Part shown: positions 35,612-43,735 of the stretch, one piece after another | How the letters are laid out: each line of letters begins with the position of its first letter | Position numbering within the stretch: position 1 is the first letter of the stretch | Notes under the pieces: model-generated | The model's input: only the letters and a program-made list of their open reading frames with translations | Told to the model about the DNA's origin: nothing | Database searches by the model: none | Program-made: the position numbers and the translations under genes | Assembly (NCBI RefSeq): GCF_004010195.1 | Contig: NC_057718.1 | Span: 36,388,390 to 36,432,124, forward strand | Origin: Chiloscyllium plagiosum | Taxonomy: Eukaryota | Direction of reading: 5' to 3' | Length of the DNA: 43,735 nucleotides

Positions 35612-36845
35612 CTTTTTTTTAATTTCAAACTTATATTTTATTCACAAAAAAAACTTTGTATATATACATAGTCATAAACGCAGTTCGGTTCTGTACAGTA
35701 TTATATCACAGAAACAAGCAAACATTGGAACTTGACTCTATCCAAACGAACCAAAGACATCCCTTACACATACAAGATTATGTTTACATGCATTCGAGGC
35801 ACCAGGACAATCCGATTAATGAACAGACCCTTTTCCACTTTGGCAGAAAGACCTTACACAGTGGTCTTTCCCCACTTTAGTGCATCCCTCAGCCTGTAGC
35901 CCTGGACCAAGAAATGTGCCAGTCTGCAACTCTTGGTTGAGGTCAACTCCTTGTTCTGAAAGACCAGCATGTTTTGGGCAGACCGAAGAGCATTTTTCAC
36001 CAATTTGATGGTCTTTTGGGCACAGTCAGTGTGTGTCCTGGGGTACAGACAGAGGGCAGAGTCCCACGTCACAGAGCTGCTCAGGACAAACCTCGACACA
36101 AACCACAGCATCTCTCCCCAGACTTCCTTTGCAAAGGCACATTCCAGAAGGCGATGTGTGACAGTCTCTACTCCAATGCAGCCACTTCAAGGGCAGTGTG
36201 TGGTGGCACACACCCACCAAGCATACATGAAGAATCTCACAGGTAGTACCCTTTTCACCACCAGCCAAGCGATGTATTGATGCTGGTTGAAAAGTTCTGG
36301 TGAGACATCCTGCCAAATGACTTTGACAGTCTGCTCAGGGGACCTCACTGCAGGATCCAACTTCTTATTTTCCCACTTGTGGTCAAAGGTGTTTTTCTTT
36401 GCAAACTTCTCCATGAAGGACATGTGATACAGAATGGTCCAACGAGTTGGAGTGTTCCCCAGCAACAAGGCCAGCCCCATCCTTAGTAACACCAGGGAAA
36501 AGTAGCACCTCAGTACATAGTGGCACTTGGTGTTAGCGTCCTGAGGGTCTACACACAGCCACACACAAAGGTGGCCCTCAGGATGAGGGGTCATTGGGTA
36601 CCTTCTTCCCTCTTCTTATCCAGAGCTTTGAAAATGGAGCAGACACATTCCACCTTAGACCTTCAGATGAAGTGGAAGATGACTGCTCCGATGACTGCAA
36701 TGGCACAGGTTCAGGGAATGGGCCAGACCTGAGCCATGTACAATAACAAAGAGAGTGCCTCACACCTGATGACCAAGTTTTTACCCACATTGGAGAGGGA
36801 GTGATGTTTCCAAAAGGCCATTTTCTGCTTCACCTTGGCAATGCG
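35612..36845 (-). mobile_element. Tx1-clade LINE 3' portion (ORF2 C-terminus with zf-RVT region, 3'UTR, A-tail)
   Basis: 'VIWQDVSPELFNQHQYIAWLVVKRVLPVR..CP','KLVKNALRSAQNMLVFQ..CRLAH..RDALKWG'; AATAAA plus poly(A) on minus strand at ~35612-35642. Confidence 0.85.
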
Positions 36846-38616
36846 CCCAATATTCAAGTGTTTCGCAGGAAATGATAATCATCCACCTATTTGTCGTTAG
36901 TGTGTGGGTGTATTAATGAAGTGCCTGTGATCACTAGCATTCCCCAGCTGGCTTGTATCTCTTCTGTCATACTGATCAAGTGATGCTGAAATGGATGTTT
37001 ATAGATAGTACCTGATCTATATTGAATCCCTAAATTTTTATGTGAAAATTGTTTATTTCTACCAGTGACCTACAGACTAATTTATAGTCTGCATGTCATG
37101 AGAAGTATGATTTTGCTCTGCTTAGATCCGTAAATTTAGATTTGAGTTCCTATAGTATAGAAACAGGTCCTTCAGCCCAACAAGTCCACACTGACCCTCT
37201 GAAGAGGGATCCACCCCCCCTACCATATATTTACGCCATCCCTCCACCTCTCAGTCTGCCCTAAGCACTCACCTGGCATCCTACCCTCTTCACAACTCTA
37301 GTTCACTACTCCACTCACCAACCTGGAACGTCAGCCTCCTTATGTTCTTACTCTTACGCAGGATCTATAGGGCATTTAAATTCTTGAATATAACACAGGG
37401 ACTACAGCAAAAGGGACAATGGATTCTATGTAGACCTTCTTCACTGCTGAATTTGTGGATTTTTGGGCAGGTGCACAACAGGGAGTGGCTAACCAGGAAT
37501 CTCCAGCTCAGATGTATCTGATGGTAAGAGGGTCATTAGGTTGGAAATAAGATTTCTGATCCTGATCAGACTATGTATCTACATTCACTCCTGCAAGCAG
37601 TTTCAAAACTTCAATGAGGTTAACTCTAAATCTTCAAAACCCTAGAGAACAGGAACACAATATCCTCAACCTCTCCAAACGATGCTGCCATCCCAGGAAT
37701 TTGTCTGATGAGGTGAAGATAAGCCTCTTTGAGAAATATCTCCGTCCTTAGGTATGAAGACCAACACTGTACACAGTACTCAAGGTGCAGTCTTACCAAG
37801 GCTCTCCAATTGTAGTAAGGCATCTTTATTTCTTTACATAATTTTCCTTGCAATAAAAGTCAAAGTACTATTTGTATTCCTAATTGCTGGCCCGACCTAC
37901 ATACGAGTCTTAAATACCTCATGAATAAATACATCCAGGTCCCATTGGACATCAGCACTTCTCAATGACTCACCATTTAAGAAACATTCTATTTTATTGT
38001 TCTCTTGACCAAAGTGAGTAACTTCACATTTATTCCAGTTATATTGTATCTGTTATGTTCACTGAGCCTGTCCAAGTCCTCTTTAAACCTCCTTGCCTCC
38101 AGCTCACAACTTACATTCCCAGCCAGTTTTCTGTCATCAGCATGTTTTGAATTATAAATTGATCCCAATCCAAACCCTTTGTATATATTATACACAGCAG
38201 TGATCTGAGCATTATCCTTTGCAGTAAGACAGTCACTGTGAGAATGATCCTATTATTTCTACTCTGTCTGTTAACCAATTCTTAATCCATACTAACATAT
38301 TAACCTCAATCTTTAGCACCCCACTAACCTCTTGAGTAGGATCTTATCAAACACTTGCTGAAACTCCAAATACACCACAACAACTAGTTCTCCTTTATCT
38401 ATGTTATAAGTTAGATCCACTTTAAACTCCAACAGGTTCATCAGACATTATTTCACTGACATGATTTCCTCTTCATAAAGTTATATTGACTAGTCCTGAT
38501 CTGATGATTCTTTTTTAATGTTCCTTTCTCATGTCCTTTATAATAAATTTGAACATTATCCTTACAATCAGCATCAAGGTCTGTAGTTCCCCATTTTCAA
38601 TTTCACTCACTTCTTA

Positions 38617-39327
38617 GACTCATAGAGTCATAGAGATGTACAGCATGGAAACAGACCCTTCAGTCCACTCTAGTTCTGGACTCCCCGACCCCAGGGAAAA
38701 GACTTTGTCTATTTATCCTATTCATGCCCCTCATGATTTTGTAAATCTCTATAAGGTCACCCCTCAACCTCCGATGCTCCAGGGAAAACATGCCCAGCCT
38801 GTTCAGCCTCTCCCTGTAGCTCAGATCCTCCAACCCTGGCAACATCCTTGTAAATTTTTTCTGAACCCTTTCAGGTTTCACAACATCTTTCTGATAGGAA
38901 GGAGACCAGAACTGCATGCAATATTCCAACAGTGGCCTAACCAATGTCTGTACAGCTGCAACATGACCTCCCAACTCCTGTACTCAATACTCTGACCAAT
39001 AAAAGAAAGCATACCAAATGCCTTCTTCACTATCCTATCTACCTGCGACTCCACTTTCAAGGAGTTATGAACCTGCACTCCAAGGTCTATTTGTTCAGCA
39101 ACACTCCCTAAGACCTTCCATTAAATGTAGAAATCCTGCTAAGATTTGCTTTCCCAAAATGCAGCACCTCGCATTTATCTGAATTAAACTCCATCTGCCA
39201 CTTCTTAGCCCATTGGCCCATCTGATCAAGATCCTGTTGTAATCTGAGGTAACCCTGCGCTGTCCACTACACCTCCAATTTTGGTGCCATCTGCAAACTT
39301 ACTAACTGTACCTCTTATGCTCACATC
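38617..39327 (-). mobile_element. 5'-truncated HER1-like CR1 with internal 3' deletion
   Basis: Closely matches 15395-16060; tail actcatagagtcatagag joined directly to ctctag at 38668. Confidence 0.9.
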
Positions 39328-39960
39328 CGTGGGGTTACATTTGCTAATTTCCAATCTGAAGGAACCATTCCAAATATGTAAAATTTTGAAAGATAACCAT
39401 GAATGCACCCATTATCTCTGTAATCATGTCTTCAACACTTTGAGATGGAGCTCATCAGATCCCAAATGTTTTGTCAGCCTTTAATCCAGTCACCTTTTCA
39501 AATGCTATCTCTTTATTATTACTGATTTATTTCAGTTCTGCTGTTTCAAAAGTCCTCTGATACTTTCAGTTCTGGGAGATTTTCTGTATTTTCTTCAATA
39601 ATGACATATAGAAAGTAACTGTTTAGTTTTTCCTCAGTTTTCCTTTTCTCCACCATAAACTCTCATGTCTCCACTTATACTGGCCCTGCATTTGTTCTAA
39701 TGTTTTCCTTTCACATACTTATAGAAGTTTTTACCATCAGCCTTTAAGTTTCTCATTGTCTAATATTCGTATTTCCTTTTCCTTTTCTTTGTCCTCCTTT
39801 GTTGGTACCTATGCTAAGCTTACCACCTTTCATAGCATCCTTATGAGCCACATGCTTTGATTTAATGCAATCTTTAACATCTTTCATCAACCACTGTTTA
39901 TTCAGTGTTCATTAAGCATCTTTGTGTTTTCAAAGAATAGAGCCATAGAGTCATACATGA

Positions 39961-40261
39961 GGTGACACAGTGGCTCAGTGGGTAGCACTGCTGCCTCACA
40001 GCACCAGGGTCCCAGGTTCAATTCAAGCCTTGGGTAACTGTCCGTGTGGAGTTTGCACATTCTCCCCCAGTCTGTGTGGGTTTGCTCCGGTTTCCTCCCA
40101 CAGTCCAAAGATATGCAGGTTAGGTGATTTGGCCGTGCTAAATTGCCCGTAGTGTTAGGTGCGTTAGTCGGAGGGAAATGGATCTGGGTAGGTTACTTTT
40201 CGGAGGGTCGGTGTGGACTGGTTGGGCCGAAGGGCCTGTTTCCACGCTGTAGGGTATCTAA
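39961..40261 (+). mobile_element. HE1-like (V-SINE) SINE
   Basis: A-box 'tggctcagtgg', B-box 'ggttcaattc', V-domain and CR1-type tail. Confidence 0.9.
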
Positions 40262-40423
40262 CATAGACCATGTTATATTTTTACATTCTCGCCACTGCCT
40301 GTCTTCCATTAAACCTCCTAATGTACTTTCCTAATCCACTACAGTCAACTTGCCTTTCATACCTTCACAGTTTCATTTGTTCACATTTAATATCCTAACT
40401 TCAGAAAGAACTATGTTGCACTA

Positions 40424-40743
40424 CTTCCTCACAGTGCCAGAGACCCAGGTTCAATTCCTGCCTCAGGCGACTGACTGTGTGGAGTTTGCACATTCTCCCC
40501 GTGTCTGCATGAGTTTCCTCTGGGTGCTCCAGTTTCCTCCCACAGTTCAAAAATGTGCAGGTTAGGTGAATTGGCCATGCTAAATTGCCCGTAGTGTTAG
40601 GTGAAGGGGTAAATGTAGGAGAATCGGTCTGGGTGGGTTGCACTTCGGCGGGTCAGTGTGGACTTGTTGGGCCGAAGGGCCTGTTTCCACACCCTAAGTA
40701 ATCTAACCTAATCTAATCTAATCTAATCTAAGTAATCTAATCT
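40424..40743 (+). mobile_element. HE1-like SINE with degraded 5' end and (TCTAA)n tail
   Basis: Reverse-complement match to 15084-15375. Confidence 0.9.
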
Positions 40744-43271
40744 TATCAAATAATGTGAAATTCTATCATATTCAGGTTGCTAGTTTCTTGAAGTTCCTTT
40801 ACAGCAAGGTTATTCATTAGTTTGTTCTCATTACTTAATACTAAATCTAAAATCATTCAACCCCTGGTTGGTTCTTACTGCTCCAAAATCCCAACTCACA
40901 CACACTCCAGGAATTCATCCTAAACAAGCATTAGATTTTCTCAATGTACATGAAAAATGAATTCACCCATTATTATGTTTTCCACATCACATGTATCTCT
41001 AATATCTTGCTTTAAACTGTACATAGCATTACCACTATAGATTTGTAGCCCTGTAAACAATTCCTGCTAATGGATTTTGTTCAATGTTGTTTCATAGATT
41101 AACCCAAACTTATTCTCCATCTTTTGTTCTAATTCTACATATTGCTTCTTTAATCTAAGATCTCCTCTTTTCATTGTTCTGATCTCTTCCTTTTTTAAGA
41201 TTACTAACACACCTTCTTTTCCTTCTTGTCTCTCCTTCCTGAATGCTGAATATCCTTGGATATCCAGTTCCCAATTTTCGTTACCTTGTAGCCAAGTCTC
41301 TGTCATTACAATTACCACATACCCATTCATTTCAAATTGTGTCTTCAAATTGTCAGCCTTTTTGTGAATTAATTCAGATAGAAAGCCTTTAATTCCATTT
41401 ATTTTTACCTTATTCTGTATTCTGATCCTTTTGATATTAACTTTGCTTTGCTTGTCTCCTACTTTTGCCTATTATTTTTCCACTTAGTTTTCCCATTTTT
41501 GCTTCAGTCCAATCTGAGCTGCCTCTTTCATTGTCATTCCGCTGTTAATCTAATTTAAACCTTCCCTGACAGCACTAGGAAATCTCCCTGCAAGGATGTA
41601 TTAAGGAAACTGCAGTACCGAAATTGAATTATTTGCCATACATGACCAATTCCAACAATGAAGAAGCAACAGCCAACAATTGAAAATTGACTAAAGAATT
41701 TCTCTTCCTTTACATGTACAGAAAAGTAAATAATTATATCTGTTTCTTTTCAGCTGACAAACTACTTTGTATATTAGTGAGGTTAATAAATTAAAGCTAT
41801 TGAATAGATCTGTAATACATTTTCAGTTATTAAACGTAACAATGCCTTTTCATCTCACTTATGTATTCTGTGTCTTCTTCTTTTCTCACATCTTATTTTA
41901 AACCAATCATGTTTATAATTTTTTGCTTCCCTGGTCTATTATTGTTTCTGTAGTGCTCAATCCAAATTTGTACTTTGCACTTCTGATTTTCTTAGACCAT
42001 TAATCTTGTACATACTGCCTGAAAGCTACCAGTTGTGACTTTGCAATTCTAATCTCCATGTATAGGATGCACATTTGATGATTTAGCAAGTGAATTTAGC
42101 ATAATGTTCTACTTAAATATAATTTACAATGATTTTGTATCAGATATGAAGCACTTTTTTAATCCAATGCACTATTTATATACATTAGTCAATGATGTGT
42201 CCCTCAGTGGTTGCAGTTTTTATCACTGACTGAAGAAATGAAAATAGATTTCCAACAGACTCACTGAGACTAAATTAAAGCCTGAGTTAGGTCAGGCTAT
42301 AATCAAGGTTATGTTTTACGAATTACTTGGATTGCAATAAATGAGATCTACCCCACCATCATAATTGACTTAATTATTGTTGCAGAGCAACTAGTATTAA
42401 CACCTGAACACCCTGTTAAATCCATGTACGAAAATGCTTGCCATTGTGCCAGAACAGGTTTCATTTGGTTAAAAATTGTCGTTACTATCAACCTGTATAC
42501 ACTTTACATTCTGTAACACCCGACATGACCTTGTAAACATCTGCATATCAAATAATCTTTAATACGTATGATTATTTTCAGTACAGTTGGATAAATTCAA
42601 GATAATCATCCACTGATTTCATTTCAGGCATAACAATAGCTAACTAAAATGATTTTAATGCTTCGCTGATGTGTCCAAAGACTGACTGTAGCAAAATTGT
42701 AGTCAAGTAAAGAGATACTGACATACCCTCTTTGATGAGATGTACATGATAATATTTGGCTCCATTCACAGCTTTCATAACAAATTCAGTCAATATGTGG
42801 TCTCATCTTCTATTTATGATGCATGGGAGACTTTTGAGGTGAACAGCTAGGATTAATAGTTCCACTGGTACCAATTATATATCAGAGCCACATGTCTCAT
42901 AAGATTATGGATTCACATATATTATATGATTGCTCATTTACATCTTGCATAGTAAATCAGAGATGGTCATTCGGTACTTCTTTTTACTGCTTCTCTTTCC
43001 GTCACTCTTCATACTTCAATTTCCGTTTCTGGTCAGGTAGGAGTTGGAGAATGGCATCAAGTGACAGAATGAGAAAAGAAGCCGCCAATGACTGCAGAAT
43101 GCATTTAGAGTAGACATTGTAGTTAAGAACAACTCCAAATGGCTCATTTCCTGCCTTATCCATCATCATCCACGTTTCCTTCCTCTCCTCATTCCTGTCA
43201 CAACATTTACCCCTTTAAATTTCTAATACTCTCTCATGATCTTCTTCACCAATCCTGTTACTACCTCTTCT

Positions 43272-43735
43272 GTTTTTTTATAATATATTTCTATTAAGTA
43301 AAAATAGATTTTGAAATATTACAACAAATACAAAACAATGCAATTCAAAACAGTACAAAAATAGTACAAAACTAAACCCAAATAATAAAAAGATTCCCCA
43401 ATCCACCCTCCTATACGAATGTATAAACATATATAGAGAAGTATAAAATTAAAAAAAAACCTAAACTAGCTATTTAACTAACTAAATAAATACCTAACAA
43501 CAAACAAATAAATAGTAATAACTCAGCCCAGCCCAACAAAACACTCATACATTCACAGTTCCTCCTCCCTGGATATTGGACTCATGAAACACAATCGTTA
43601 CGGCTATATAAAAGCCCTTGTTAGTGGCAGATAAATTTGTGTCCAGGTATTTCAAAAAGGGTTGCCATGACTTGTAAAAATTCTCAGTTTTGTGGTGTAC
43701 CATATTTGTGAGAAAATCCAGGGGAATATGCTCCA
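43272..43735 (-). mobile_element. L1-clade LINE 3' end (runs off the window)
   Basis: Minus frame 'EHIPLDFLTNMVHHKTENFYKSWQPFLKYL' (FxKxWxPF ORF2 terminus), T-rich 3'UTR and A-tail. Confidence 0.75.

Larger units (their letters stand above)
37620..41600 (-). mobile_element. Long, old CR1 LINE (EN to RT) disrupted by a younger CR1 and two HE1 SINEs
   Basis: 'LVRLHLEYCVQCWS','ADDRKLAG','VIVMTETWLQG..LDIQGYSAFRKER'. Confidence 0.8.

Noticed and set aside
42490..43170. Minus-strand translation with faint resemblance to a Mononegavirales nucleoprotein (e.g. FTMQDVNEQSYNICESIIL; EGMS..PEMKSVDDYLEFIQLY)
   Set aside because: Stop density is about what random sequence gives, motif spacing does not fit and a frameshift is needed. 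Only a profile search could rescue it.

Overview
This is eukaryotic, AT-rich, repeat-dense DNA. The HE1-type SINEs, HER1/CR1 LINEs and palindromic Penelope derivatives suggest a shark (elasmobranch) genome; this is an inference. I find no intact protein-coding gene, and almost all ORF-track entries are transposon fossils or noise. The main contents are: (1) a decayed env-bearing endogenous retrovirus-like element on the minus strand (~3114-8945) with integrase, a furin-cleaved non-gamma-type env, a PPT and a 3' LTR, best resembling lokiretroviruses; (2) Penelope-like (GIY-YIG) insertions with inverted arms, TSDs and minimal hammerhead-ribozyme motifs, one being a TSD-flanked composite carrying foreign DNA; (3) many nested CR1 LINEs, including a near-full-length copy with an SGNH-esterase ORF1, plus L2, Tx1 and L1 fragments, three tRNA-SINE families, a Harbinger transposase relic, a TA-flanked MITE, a candidate solo LTR and a minisatellite; (4) weak host signals, namely a candidate signal-peptide exon at 1070-1209 (-) and homeodomain-motif-rich blocks near 29.6-30.1 kb and 21.4-22.1 kb. 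Family names come from motif recognition, not database searches, and boundaries are approximate unless a TSD is given.
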